Below are positions 1 to 9,988 of a stretch of 64,000 nucleotides of DNA, piece after piece; the first letter of the stretch is position 1; each line of letters starts with the position of its first letter. The DNA comes from an uncultured Acidobacteriota bacterium. GTDB lineage: Bacteria > Acidobacteriota > Thermoanaerobaculia > UBA5066 > DATFVB01. A program made the position numbers and the translations under genes. The stretch lies in the NCBI GenBank assembly GCA_963813155.1, contig CAWEYG010000003.1:64001-128000 (forward strand), given 5' to 3'. The notes beneath the pieces are model-generated. The model did no database searches. It worked only from the letters and a program-made list of their open reading frames with translations, and was not told where the DNA came from.

Positions 1-584
1 TGATCCCGCCGCCCATCGCGATTCCGGTTCCTCCGTTTCCCACGGTGAAGGAGGCTCCGCCGGAAGTGCTGGGCGAAGGGCGAAGGGTCTTTCGAATTCT
101 TCAATGCTGGGGCTGTCACGGAATGACGGGAAGGGGAGACGGCCCGTCGGCCTCCGCTCTTCTGGACGACTGGGAGGTTCCGATCCGGCCATTCGATTTC
201 ACGACGGGGAACTTCAAGTTCGGCGATTCTCCCGCCGACGTCTATCGGACCTTCAACACCGGCTTGAACGGCACGCCGATGCCCTCGTACTACGATTCGA
301 TCCTCTTTCCCCGCGAAGCCCTTTCCGACATGGGACCGTTTCGGCAGGTTTTCCGCGGAAGGCCCGTTTTTTCCGAAGCGGAGATCGAGGAGCTGAAATC
401 ATACGTCGCAACCATCCCGACGTCCGAGGAGCTTTCGAAAATGAGCGATCTGGAAAAAGGTGCTCTTGCCGATCGCCGCCGCTGGGCCCTCGTCTACTAT
501 GCGCTTTCGCTTGCGCGTCCGGCGGGGGCTCCTCCGGTTCCGACCTCCGCGGGATTCCCGGTTCTTGCCTCGAGGAAGAAATAA
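1..584 (+). CDS. c-type cytochrome, 5'-truncated, in a cbb3 oxidase cluster context
   Basis: Frame is open from position 3; CWGCH heme motif, GRGDGPSA and GTPMPS; directly followed by ccoS. Confidence 0.8.
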   Translation, partial: IPPPIAIPVPPFPTVKEAPPEVLGEGRRVFRILQCWGCHGMTGRGDGPSASALLDDWEVPIRPFDFTTGNFKFGDSPADVYRTFNTGLNGTPMPSYYDSILFPREALSDMGPFRQVFRGRPVFSEAEIEELKSYVATIPTSEELSKMSDLEKGALADRRRWALVYYALSLARPAGAPPVPTSAGFPVLASRKK

Positions 585-755
585 ATGGACGTCACGATCT
601 ATCTGTTCTTCATGGCGCTCCTCATGGCTCTCGCGGCCTGGTGCATCTTTCTCTGGGCGATTCGCGACGGCCAGTTCGGGGACATCGAGGAGCCGAAATA
701 TCAGATCGTGCCGAGGCCTCCGGCTCCCTCCGGAACAACGCCACCGGTAGGATGA
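585..755 (+). CDS. ccoS: cbb3-type cytochrome oxidase maturation protein CcoS (56 aa, absent from the ORF track)
   Basis: Manual translation MDVTIYLFFMALLMALAAWCIFLWAIRDGQFGDIEEPKY...; one TM helix then the WAxxxGQFxDxE signature. Confidence 0.85.
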   Translation: MDVTIYLFFMALLMALAAWCIFLWAIRDGQFGDIEEPKYQIVPRPPAPSGTTPPVG

Positions 756-764
756 ACCGTCGCC

Positions 765-1481
765 TTGCACCATAGCCTTCCCGTATCCGGAGATCTCGGC
801 CTCGTCTTCCTCGCGTCACTTCTCGGAGGCGTCCACTGTGCCGGGATGTGCGGCCCCTATGTTGCCATTTGCTCGTCCCGAATCGTCGGGCCGAACGCCT
901 CTTCGCGCCGGGTGAGGAATGCCCTGCGGCTCCTCTTCAATGCCGGTCGGGTTACGACGTACGTCTCGATCGGCGTTCTGGCGGGCGCGTTCGGCCAGAT
1001 CGCTGGAGCCGTCGGCCAGGCGAGAGGCTATCCGGGAGGCGTCGCGATCGCGGCGGGGGTGTTCGCGCTGTTCTTCGCCCTCTCGCTCGCGGGCGCCGCT
1101 CCCTCGGTCGAGAGCCTTGCCGCGAGCCTCGGGCTCAACCGGCTGCTGCGAGCGGGGAGTCTCGAGGCTTTTCATGCCCCACCGTATCTATCGGCATTTC
1201 TTCTCGGAAATCTCCAGGGGCTCTTTCCGTGCGCACTCGTTTACGCAGGCGCGAGCCGTGCGGCCGCCTCAGCATCGCCGGGGAGGGGAGCGCTCACGAT
1301 GTTGGTGTTCGGTCTCGGAACGCTCCCGGCGCTCCTCGCGCTGACCTTCGCTTCGAAGGCCGTGCCGGAATGGATGCGTTCGCGGCGAGGTGCCGCGGGC
1401 CTGGTGGGGGCGCTGGGAATCCTCCTCGTGCTGCGCGGCCTCGCGGGATGGGGACTGATTCCGCACACCCGCCTCTGGTGA
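765..1481 (+). CDS. DsbD_2 / sulfite exporter TauE-SafE-like membrane protein (cbb3 assembly)
   Basis: HCAGMCGP and FPCALVY motifs, about 6 TM segments, adjacent to ccoS. Confidence 0.8.
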   Translation: MHHSLPVSGDLGLVFLASLLGGVHCAGMCGPYVAICSSRIVGPNASSRRVRNALRLLFNAGRVTTYVSIGVLAGAFGQIAGAVGQARGYPGGVAIAAGVFALFFALSLAGAAPSVESLAASLGLNRLLRAGSLEAFHAPPYLSAFLLGNLQGLFPCALVYAGASRAAASASPGRGALTMLVFGLGTLPALLALTFASKAVPEWMRSRRGAAGLVGALGILLVLRGLAGWGLIPHTRLW

Positions 1482-1509
1482 CTCTTCCGCGCCATATGAT
1501 CATCGGTCG

Positions 1510-2368
1510 ATGAGACTTGCGCTGCCTTCCCGCCTCTCGTCCGGCCTCCCGCTGCTCCTCGATTCCGGAATGGGAACCGAGCTGGAGCGGCGGGGGATGG
1601 AGCTCGATCTCCCGCTGTGGTCGGCGAGGGCGCTTCTTGAGAAGCCGGATCTCGTGCGGGATATCCATCGCGACAACGTCGCGGCCGGCGCCGACATCCT
1701 CACGGCGAACACGTTTCGGACGCAGCGGGGGACCCTGCGCGCCGCGGGTATCGACGAGAGCCGCGCGGGAGCGCTCACGCGATTGGCGGTCTCGCTCGCG
1801 CGAGATGCCGCCCGCGAAGCCGGGCGAGAGGTCTTCGTGGCGGGGTCGGTCGCGCCGCTGGCCGACTGCTACCGGCCCGACCTCGTCGCGGATCGCGCGA
1901 CGTTGGAACGGGAACACGCGGCGCACGTCGAAAATCTGCTGGAGTCGGGCGTCGACCTGATCCTCGTCGAGACCATGAACACCGTCCGCGAGGCCCGATC
2001 GGCGGCCGCCGCGGCGGACGAGCGCGTCCCCGTCATCGTGTCGTTCGTCACGAACGGGTACGGCGCCCTCCTGTCGGGAGAGCCTCTCGCGGACGGGGTA
2101 GGAGCGATTCTGCCCGTCCGGCCCGTCGCGATCGGCGTGAATTGCGTTCCTTTTCCAGCGATTGGAAGCGGAGGTCGGCCGTCTCTCGGCCGCAGCTCCC
2201 GGCGTTCCGATCTCCGTGTACGCGAACACGCTCTCCGGCGACACGACGCCGGAGGCGTACGCGAGCGCTGCGAGGGACTGGGTGCGCGCGGGTGCCCGCA
2301 TCGTGGGCGGATGCTGCGGCACGACACCGGAGCACGTTCGGGCGATTCGCGTCGGAGCGGCCGCGTGA
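1510..2368 (+). CDS. Homocysteine S-methyltransferase family protein, +1 frameshift near 2149-2156
   Basis: LLDSGMGTEL, GADILTANTF and GVNC in one frame; GGCCGTTPEH in the next frame (ORF 2162-2368); total span is 3n+1. Confidence 0.8.
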
Positions 2369-2817
2369 GACGCACGCTCGGTTTCCAGGAGCCCGGATCG
2401 CAGCAGACACTTCGCGAGGGCCTGGCGGAATTTCGGGCATCGCTTTCCGACGAAGACCGGCAGGACGGCGCTCTCGCCCGGGATCTTTTGCTTCACGACG
2501 CCTGTCACGTCGTCTTCGGCCTCGGGACGTCGGTCTCGGACGACGCCGTCGTCGACGCCTGGATCGTGTTCGGGACGGACGTTCACGCGCGAAGTTACCT
2601 CCGCGCGCTCTGGAACAGTCGGGCGCTCGGGACGCTCGTCGAGCGCGACGGCGTCGCGCGGGTCGTCGCCGGGCTCGTTCGGGCCATTCCGAGGGTTGTC
2701 TCGACGCTCCGGCGCGCGCGCAAGATGCCCAGAAAATGGCCCTGGTCCGGCGCCGACCGCTATCTCGATTCGCCCCTCGTCGAGATCCGGTCGGAATACG
2801 GGATTCGACTGACGTGA
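2365..2817 (+). CDS. Coq4-like putative metalloprotein
   Basis: GTG start overlaps the upstream TGA; HDACH-x11-D resembles the Coq4 HDxxH-x11-E motif. Confidence 0.6.
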   Translation: MRRTLGFQEPGSQQTLREGLAEFRASLSDEDRQDGALARDLLLHDACHVVFGLGTSVSDDAVVDAWIVFGTDVHARSYLRALWNSRALGTLVERDGVARVVAGLVRAIPRVVSTLRRARKMPRKWPWSGADRYLDSPLVEIRSEYGIRLT

Positions 2818-4068
2818 AAATCTCCGACCTGCGTCGCGAAGGTGAGGCGCGCGTCGCGGCGACGGTCGTCTGGGAGGATTCGGATCGGCCGAAACCTCGA
2901 GTTGTTCTTCGAAACGGATCCCGAGTTCGGCGCCGATCTGGAGGCGGACCCGAACGCGTTTCTGGCGGCCGCCTGTTTTCCGGCGATCCGACACGGCGAA
3001 GAACGCATCGCGCTCGAAGGCCCGATCAGTCCGGAACTGCGCGACGGGCTCGGCGCGGTGGCCGGGCTCTTCCGCTCCTGGTACGGCGAAGATCGCCGTC
3101 CGATTCGCATCGAGTCGGACCGGGACGCGGCGGCGTTGTACCCGCGGACGCCGCCGAGGGCTGCCGCGTTTCTCTCCGGCGGGATCGACTCGCTGTTCAC
3201 GCTGAGGTCCAACCGGCTCGGGATTCCCCGGGATCACCCCGCTTCGATTTGCGATCTCGTGTGGCTCGTCGGCAGGGAATTCCCGGGAACCGAGGACTCC
3301 TCCCGGGCCGTCGCGCATGCCCGGCGCCTGCGGGAGAGTCTTGCGGACGTCGCGAGGGATGCCGGAGCGACCCTCGTGCCGGTTCGGACCAACGCGAGGC
3401 GTCTCGAGCCGGATCTCCTGTTCTTCGGATATGAATTCCAGGGCGCGTACGTGGCGAGCGCGGCTCACGTCTTGCGCCGTCGCTTCGACGTCATCTCCTT
3501 CTCTTCCGGGTGGGACATGGCGCATCTGATCCCGTGGGGAACGCACCCCCTGGTCGATCCGAGTCTCGGGACGGAGGCGGTCAGGATCCGGCACGAGGGA
3601 GTCGCCTACGGAAGGGCCGAGAAGCTCTCGCGCCTGGCCGATTGGGACGCCGCGATCCGAAACCTCGTCGTCTGCAACGAGAATCCCTCCGGCGACGCGC
3701 CGAACTGCGGCGAATGCTTCAAGTGCGTCGAGACGATGACCCTGCTCGTTTCCCGGGGCCTCTTCGGGAGCGCGAAACAGTTTCCCGCCTCCGAGATCCG
3801 CGCGGGAATGATCGCGAATCTCACGCTCGCTCCGAACCTCCGGTCGTCGTTTTCCGACTACTCTGCGTTCTGGGAAGCGATGGTTCCCGACCTGGAAGCC
3901 CGCGGGCGAGGGGATCTCGTCCAGGCGATCCGGGACAAGCTGGCCGAGGCGCGGCGCCTGGAGGCGTGGCTTCGCGAACGCGACTGGAAAGGGGTGCTCA
4001 AACGGGCCGATCGCCGCTTCGCCGGAGGTCTGGGGCTTCGGGCGTTGCGGGCGATCCGAAGACGTTAA
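2814..4068 (+). CDS. PP-loop (adenine nucleotide alpha hydrolase) protein with QueC-like Cys cluster, +1 frameshift at AAA 2892-2894
   Basis: GTGA overlap start gives MKISDLRREGEARVAATVVWEDSDRP, which continues as LELFFETD in the next frame; FLSGGIDS and C-x10-CGECFKC motifs. Confidence 0.65.
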
Positions 4069-5069
4069 AGCCTCTCCGCGACCGCCGTGGCGAACTCTTT
4101 CGTTCCTGCCGATCCGCCGAGGTCCTTCGTCCGGATTCCCGCCGCGTAGGTTTCCTGGAGGGCGGACTCGATCCGGGAGGCGACCTCCGGGGCGCCGAGA
4201 TGCGACAGCATCATCATGGCCGAAAGGAGCATCGCGGTGGGATTGGCCAGGTTCTTTCCGGCGATGTCGGGCGCGGAGCCGTGCACCGCCTCGAACACCG
4301 CGAACTCCTCCCCGAGGTTCGCGCTTCCGACGATCCCGAGGCCTCCCACGAGGCCGGCGGCCAGGTCCGACACGATGTCGCCGTACAGGTTCTCGAGCAG
4401 GAGGACGTCGTAGGTTTCGGGGCGAAGGACGAGGTCCATGCAGAGGGCGTCGACGATCCTCTCGTCGGCGCGGATCTCGGGATATTCGGCCGCGACGCGC
4501 CGGACACAGTCGAGGAAGAGGCCGTCGGAGAGCTTCATGATGTTCGCCTTGTGGATCGCGGTCACGCGCTTGCGTCCGAAACGGCGCGCGTATTCGAACG
4601 CGAATCGCGCGATCCGGGTGGAAGCCCGTTCCGTGATGATCTTGAGCGATTCCACGACGCCGGGCACGACGACGTGCTCGAGCCCGGAGTAGAGGTCCTC
4701 GGTGTTTTCGCGGACGACGATGAGGTCGACGTCCCCGAAGCGGGAGGGCACGTTGGGGAAATTCTTGACGGGCCGCAGGTTCGCGTACAGGTCCAGCGAC
4801 TGGCGCAGGCGCACGTTGACGGACTTGAAGCCCCCGCCCACCGGAGTCGTCAGAGGACCCTTCAGCGCCGTGCCGTTTTTCCGCACGGAGTCGAGAACGG
4901 ACGGCGGCAGGGGATCGCCGTTGGCGCGGAGCGATTCGAGGCCCGCGCTGACCTCCACGAACTCGACCGGCGCGCCGGCGCGCTCGAGAATGCGGAGGAC
5001 CGCGTCGGTGATTTCCGGGCCGACGCCGTCGCCGCGGAGGAGCGTGACGGTCTTTCTGAGTTCGTTCAT
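4065..5069 (-). CDS. icd: NAD-dependent isocitrate / isopropylmalate dehydrogenase family
   Basis: GDGVGPEI, RENTEDLY, HKANIMK, NLYGDIVSD and FEAVHGSAPDIAGK motifs. Confidence 0.88.
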   Translation of the reverse strand: MNELRKTVTLLRGDGVGPEITDAVLRILERAGAPVEFVEVSAGLESLRANGDPLPPSVLDSVRKNGTALKGPLTTPVGGGFKSVNVRLRQSLDLYANLRPVKNFPNVPSRFGDVDLIVVRENTEDLYSGLEHVVVPGVVESLKIITERASTRIARFAFEYARRFGRKRVTAIHKANIMKLSDGLFLDCVRRVAAEYPEIRADERIVDALCMDLVLRPETYDVLLLENLYGDIVSDLAAGLVGGLGIVGSANLGEEFAVFEAVHGSAPDIAGKNLANPTAMLLSAMMMLSHLGAPEVASRIESALQETYAAGIRTKDLGGSAGTKEFATAVAERL

Positions 5070-6355
5070 CGGGTTTCCTCTTCGACGACGGCCGCCGCCC
5101 TCTTGCGCGGCAGGATCATCTTCACGCGTTTGATCGCCGTGCGCGTGGCGTCGAGCACGACGTATTCCGCCTGTCGCCCGCGCAGCCGGTCGCCCTTGCG
5201 GGGAATACGCCCGAACCGCTGCAGAAGAAGGCCCGCGACCGTCTCCGCCTGGGCGTTGGGATACTTGAGGCCGAAACGGTCCTCGAGCTCTTCCAGCCGG
5301 AACGCGCCGTCGAGAGTGTAGGTGAGGTCGTCGACCCGCGAAAATCCGGGCGACTCCTCGTCGTATTCGTCCTGGATGGACCCGAGCAGCGTCTCGATCG
5401 CGTCCTCGATCGTGACGAGCCCCGCCGTCCCCCCGTACTCGTCGATGACGATGGCCATGTGCTGCTTGCGGCGGCGCATCTCGCGAAAGAGCTCCTCGAC
5501 GCGCTTGAATTCCGGCACGAGATAAGGGGCTTCGATGTAGCTCTCGGGCCGAAACGTCTTTTCCTGCTCGTCCGTGAGATCGAAGAGATCCTTGGCCTTC
5601 AAAATTCCGACGACGTTGTCCAGGGTGTCCCGGTAGACGGGGACGCGGGAGAATTTGTGGGTCGCGAGAAGGCTTCGAACCTCCGCGAAGGGGGCCCCTT
5701 CGGCGATCGCGACGATCCTCGGCCGCGGAACCATGACCTCGGAGACGCGCCGCTCGCCGAATTCGAGAACGCGGACCATTCGTTCCCGCTCTTCGCTGTG
5801 AATGAGGCCTTCCGCGTGCCCGAGGTTGATCACCGCCTTCATTTCCTCTTCGGTCATCGCCGGCCGGCTCTGCGGGAAACCGAGGAGCCGCAGGAGGCGC
5901 TGGACGAGGTAGATGACGACCGTCGCGATGGGCCCGACGATTTTCGAAAAGATCTCGAACGGCCGGGCGATCGCGAGCGCGACCCGGGACGGAGAGGCGG
6001 CGGCCAGCGACTTGGGCGCCATTTCGCCGAACGAGAAGAGCAACAGGGTCGAAGCGATGACGGCGATCGCGATCCCGCTCCGGGGCCCGAAGAAGCTTCC
6101 CGCGGCGACGGTCGCCACGGCGGAGGCCGCGGAGTTCGCGAGGTTTTGTCCGATGAGCGCGGCCGACAACAGGCGCGTGGGAGACGCCTTCAGCCGCTCG
6201 ATCGTTTCGGAGCCGCGAACGGAGCGGTCGCGCATCCGGGCGAGCTCGATCCGTCCGAGGGCGACGAGGGCGGTCTCGGAGGCGGCGAAGAACGCCGAAA
6301 CGAGAAGAAAAAAGAAGAAGAGGAGAAGCATCAGCGAGGTTCCCGCGGGAATCAT
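5066..6355 (-). CDS. Hemolysin/CNNM family membrane protein (DUF21-CBS-CBS-CorC)
   Basis: SAFFAASETAL, FGEMAPK, VMVPR, FSRVPVY and IDEYGGTAGLVTIED motifs; ATG at 6355. Confidence 0.9.
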   Translation of the reverse strand: MIPAGTSLMLLLFFFFLLVSAFFAASETALVALGRIELARMRDRSVRGSETIERLKASPTRLLSAALIGQNLANSAASAVATVAAGSFFGPRSGIAIAVIASTLLLFSFGEMAPKSLAAASPSRVALAIARPFEIFSKIVGPIATVVIYLVQRLLRLLGFPQSRPAMTEEEMKAVINLGHAEGLIHSEERERMVRVLEFGERRVSEVMVPRPRIVAIAEGAPFAEVRSLLATHKFSRVPVYRDTLDNVVGILKAKDLFDLTDEQEKTFRPESYIEAPYLVPEFKRVEELFREMRRRKQHMAIVIDEYGGTAGLVTIEDAIETLLGSIQDEYDEESPGFSRVDDLTYTLDGAFRLEELEDRFGLKYPNAQAETVAGLLLQRFGRIPRKGDRLRGRQAEYVVLDATRTAIKRVKMILPRKRAAAVVEEETR

Positions 6356-6362
6356 GGAGCTC

Positions 6363-6757
6363 TCACTTCCTGAAGAGCTCTCCACGATCGGCCGGTCCGC
6401 TTCCGGCATCGTCGCCGGATCCAGCTCGCGGATCGGCTGCCACCGCCAGACGACCGCCGCGTGGAGAGGGTCTTCGTCGATTTCGCACAGGTACGCGAGG
6501 AGGAGCACGGTTTTTTCGGGGTACGCATGATGAGCGAACTGGAAAGGCCGGAACCGGGAAATCTCGAGGCCGAGCTCTTCGCGAACCTCGCGAACGAGAG
6601 CCGCGTCGGGCGCTTCTCCCGGCTCGACCTTGCCGCCGGGAAACTCCCAGAGGCCCGCCAGGTGCGAGCCGGGCGGCCGCCGGGAGAGCAGGACCTGGCC
6701 GTCCCGGACCAGGATTCCGGCGGCGACGAGCAGGGGCGGCGCGGGAGTCTCGCTCAA
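6363..6757 (-). CDS. mutT: MutT-like NUDIX hydrolase; reads through into the hemolysin gene as assembled
   Basis: WEFPGGKVEPGE...REVREELG NUDIX box; TTG start overlaps the queG stop; a TGA at 6363-6365 lies one base out of frame. Confidence 0.8.
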
Positions 6758-7761
6758 TTCGATTCCGCGCCCAGGCGGCGGACCGCGGCCGCCGCCTGGG
6801 CGGACGCCGCCGGATGCCGGGAGGCCGCGATCCGTTGGAGGGCGGGAAGCAGGTCTTTCCGGTTCCGGGACTCCGCGACCGCGGCGGCGTTCCGGCGGAG
6901 CCCCGCCGGACCGGCCCGAGAGAGGGGCGTGTCCCGGAGGCGCCGCTTCCATTCGGAGGCGCCCATTCCGAGGAGCTCGGCGAGGTCCGAGGGGCGGCGC
7001 TCGAGCGGTGCCGTCTCGATCGCCCGGTTGTACGGGCAGGCTTCCTGGCACACGTCGCAACCGAACACCCACCCGCCGAGGCGCGAGACGATCTCTTCCG
7101 GAATTTCGGACCGCTGCTCGATCGTCCAGTAGGAGAGGCAGCGCGTCGCGTCGAGAACTCCGGGCCGCGGGAAAGCCGATGTCGGGCACGCGTCGAGGCA
7201 CCTCGTGCAGGAGCCGCACCGTTCGTCGACCGGCGCGTCGGCGGGGAGCTCGGCGTCGGTCAGGATCTCGCAGAGGAGAAAATAACTCCCCTCGTCGTTG
7301 AGGACCATTCCGTTCTTGCCGATCCACCCGATTCCCGCGGCGGCGGCGAAGTCTCTCTCCGCGAGCGGCGCGGAGTCGACGCAAACGCGGTGCCGCATCG
7401 CCGTCCCGGTTTCCGCTTTCCAGGCCTCGACGAGCGATTCGCATTTCGCCCGAAGCGTGCGGTGGTAGTCCTCGGCGAGCGCGTACCGCGCGGTCCGGGT
7501 CCCGTCCGGCGCCGCCGGCTCGGCCGCGGAGTAAGGCATCGCCAGGACGACGACCGACCGGGCTCCCGCGAGGAGGGTCCGGGGATCGCTCCGGAGCTCC
7601 CGCGTCTTCTCGAGGTACGCCATCGAGCCGTGCCGCCCGTCGGAGATCCACTGGCGGAATTCGGAATCGTGAGGGGGCGGCGTGGCGCGCGCGACCCCGA
7701 TCCGGGAAAAACCACGTGCTTTTGCAAGGCTTTCGAGCATGTCCCGGAGCGGGCGCGACAT
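6754..7761 (-). CDS. queG: Epoxyqueuosine reductase
   Basis: ARYA..EDYH, GIGWIGKN, CGSCTRCLDACPT and FGCDVCQEACPYN motifs. Confidence 0.92.
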   Translation of the reverse strand: MSRPLRDMLESLAKARGFSRIGVARATPPPHDSEFRQWISDGRHGSMAYLEKTRELRSDPRTLLAGARSVVVLAMPYSAAEPAAPDGTRTARYALAEDYHRTLRAKCESLVEAWKAETGTAMRHRVCVDSAPLAERDFAAAAGIGWIGKNGMVLNDEGSYFLLCEILTDAELPADAPVDERCGSCTRCLDACPTSAFPRPGVLDATRCLSYWTIEQRSEIPEEIVSRLGGWVFGCDVCQEACPYNRAIETAPLERRPSDLAELLGMGASEWKRRLRDTPLSRAGPAGLRRNAAAVAESRNRKDLLPALQRIAASRHPAASAQAAAAVRRLGAESN

Positions 7762-7783
7762 CGAGCCGATGCTATCATTCCGC

Positions 7784-8839
7784 ATGACCGAGCCCCGAAC
7801 CCCGCGAGCCTTCACGATCGTGGCGGGCGCGCTCCTCGCCTATCTGCTCTGGCGAATTCTTTCGCCGTTTCTCGATCCGATTCTGTGGGCGGCCGTTCTG
7901 GCTTTCGTGCTGGCTCCCGGGCATCGATGGCTTCTGCGCCGGGTGCGGAACCGGAACGTTGCGGCCATGCTGGCGACCGCCCTCGCGCTGCTCCTCGTGG
8001 TCGTGCCGGCGGTGCTCCTGACGCTCGCCCTGATCTCCCAGGGAACGCACCTCTATTCCCTCGCCTCCTCTTTCGTCACGCGCCATCAGGTGGCCTCGAT
8101 CTCCGACTTCATCGGGATGCCGTCGGTTCGGAAGTTCGCCGACCGGATTGCGGCCATCCTTCCCCTCACGGCGGAAGACCTCCGCGGGTGGGCGGAGACG
8201 AATCTCAAGACCGTGGCGGGTCGCATCGGCGGGTTCCTCTCGCAACTCGCCGTCGGAATCCTCGGCTTCGTTGCCTCCTTTCTCATCATGCTGTTCACGC
8301 TCTTCTTTCTCTTCCGGGACGGAGAAGACCTGTGGAAGCGGCTCGTCGACGCGATTCCGCTCGAACGGTCGCGGACCGTGTTTCTCGTCCACCGTCTCGA
8401 TTCGGTCCTCCAGGCGGTGCTCGCGGGCACTCTGCTCACGGCGCTCCTCCAGGGCATCCTCGGCGGAATCGGTTTCGCGATCTTCGGCCTTCCGTCTCCG
8501 GTCGTCTTCGGAGCGATGATGGCGGTTCTCTCGCTCCTGCCGATCGGCGGCACGGCGTTCGTCTGGCTCCCCGCCGCCCTCTTCCTCCTCGCCCAGGGCC
8601 ACTGGGGCCGCGGCGTGGGACTGGCCGCGTGGGGGATCCTCATCGTCGGGCTCGCGGACAACTGGTTCAAGCCGATGATCATTTCGGGGCGGTCGGACCT
8701 GAACACGCTGCCCGTGTTCTTCGGAGTTCTCGGCGGCCTCGCCGCCTTCGGCTTTCTCGGTCTCTTCATCGGACCGCTCGTCGTCGCGCTCGGGATCACC
8801 GCGTGGGAAACTGCGACGGCCCGGCCGGCGCCCGATTGA
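7784..8839 (+). CDS. AI-2E family transporter
   Basis: Multi-TM protein with DNWFKPMII and FGFLGLFIGP motifs. Confidence 0.88.
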   Translation: MTEPRTPRAFTIVAGALLAYLLWRILSPFLDPILWAAVLAFVLAPGHRWLLRRVRNRNVAAMLATALALLLVVVPAVLLTLALISQGTHLYSLASSFVTRHQVASISDFIGMPSVRKFADRIAAILPLTAEDLRGWAETNLKTVAGRIGGFLSQLAVGILGFVASFLIMLFTLFFLFRDGEDLWKRLVDAIPLERSRTVFLVHRLDSVLQAVLAGTLLTALLQGILGGIGFAIFGLPSPVVFGAMMAVLSLLPIGGTAFVWLPAALFLLAQGHWGRGVGLAAWGILIVGLADNWFKPMIISGRSDLNTLPVFFGVLGGLAAFGFLGLFIGPLVVALGITAWETATARPAPD

Positions 8840-8874
8840 TGGAGCCGGGCGGCTCGCGTATATTCGCCTTCCAA

Positions 8875-9988
8875 ATGTCGGAAAAGCACGGAGATCCGGG
8901 GCTCGAAGGAGCGCTCGCCGAGGAAATTCGCCGCGGGATCGGTGAAGATCCGGGTCCCGCCGCGTCGATGTTCCCTCCCGGGGTCTGGGATCGCGCCGAG
9001 ACGGTTCGTCGTGCCGTCGGTCGAACCTGGCGCGTCGTTTCCCCGGATCAAGAAATTTCTGCTCCGGATCCTGCGCGTCGCGACGCGAAGCCAGGGGTCG
9101 TTCAACGCGATCGCCCTCGAGGGGATGCGCCAGCTGGACGAGAATGTTGCGGCGGTCGATCGGGAGAACGCGCGGCGCTCGCGCATTTTCGAGCAGCTCC
9201 GGGAGGAATCGGCGCGGCTCCGGCGGGACCTCGAGAGAATCGGCCACGACTACGACATCATTCAGGCCCGGCTCTCGGCCGCCGAGAGACCCGCCCCGGC
9301 GCGAACCGCGGAACCGGTTTCCCGGGCGCCGGCGAGCGGGTTTCCAGACGGGTTCTACCTTCGCTTCGAAGAGGTCTTCCGGGGACCGGAAGAGGCGATC
9401 CGCGAGCGCCAGAGGGCCTATGTCGACTCGTTTCGATCCGTTCCCGGAGTCGTTCTCGATTGCGGCTGCGGCCGCGGCGAATTTCTCGGCGTGTTGAAGG
9501 AATCGGGAGTCGACTCCTACGGCGTCGACTCCAACCCCGTCGCGGTCGAGATGGCTCGAGCCCGGGGAGTCGAGGCGCGGGCGGAAGACGCGTTCGAGCA
9601 TCTTCGCGCGATTGACGGAAAGCTCGGGGGAATTTCGGCCCTGCAGTTCGTGGAGCACCTTTCTCCCGAGGCGGTCTACGAGTTTCTCGGACTGTGCCGC
9701 AGGGCCCTTTCGCCCGGCGGCAGGCTGCTGCTCGAGACGATCAACCCCGATTCCGTCTACGCGATGCGCGCCTACCGGCTCGATCCCACCCATCGCTGGC
9801 CGGTGCCGGCGGCGACGCTCGACCTCATGGCGCGCGAGGTGGGTTTCGAGGAGCGCGAGACTCGCTGGCTTTCTCCCGTTCCGCGCGACGAAGTCCTCGA
9901 GGAGCGATCCGACAACGACCGCAAGGTGAATCGCTGGCTCTTCGGCCCGCAGGACTACGCGCTTCTGGCCGTTTGCCCGCGCCCATGA
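8875..9988 (+). CDS. Coiled-coil plus class I SAM methyltransferase (glycan chain-terminator-like), +1 frameshift near 8995-9003
   Basis: YLRFEEVFRG, VLDCGCGRGEF, VEHL, ETINP and GPQDYA motifs; N-terminus MSEKHGD... lies in the adjacent frame. Confidence 0.75.

Noticed and set aside
520-584. Cytochrome c C-terminus (VPTSAGFPVLASRKK) as an exosortase H substrate
   Set aside because: It lacks the IPTLxxWG motif and a full TM helix before the basic tail
1510-2817. 435-aa methyltransferase-Coq4 fusion ORF
   Set aside because: The required GGCC motif lies in another frame and a GTGA overlap at 2365-2368 separates two genes; the fusion results from a frameshift
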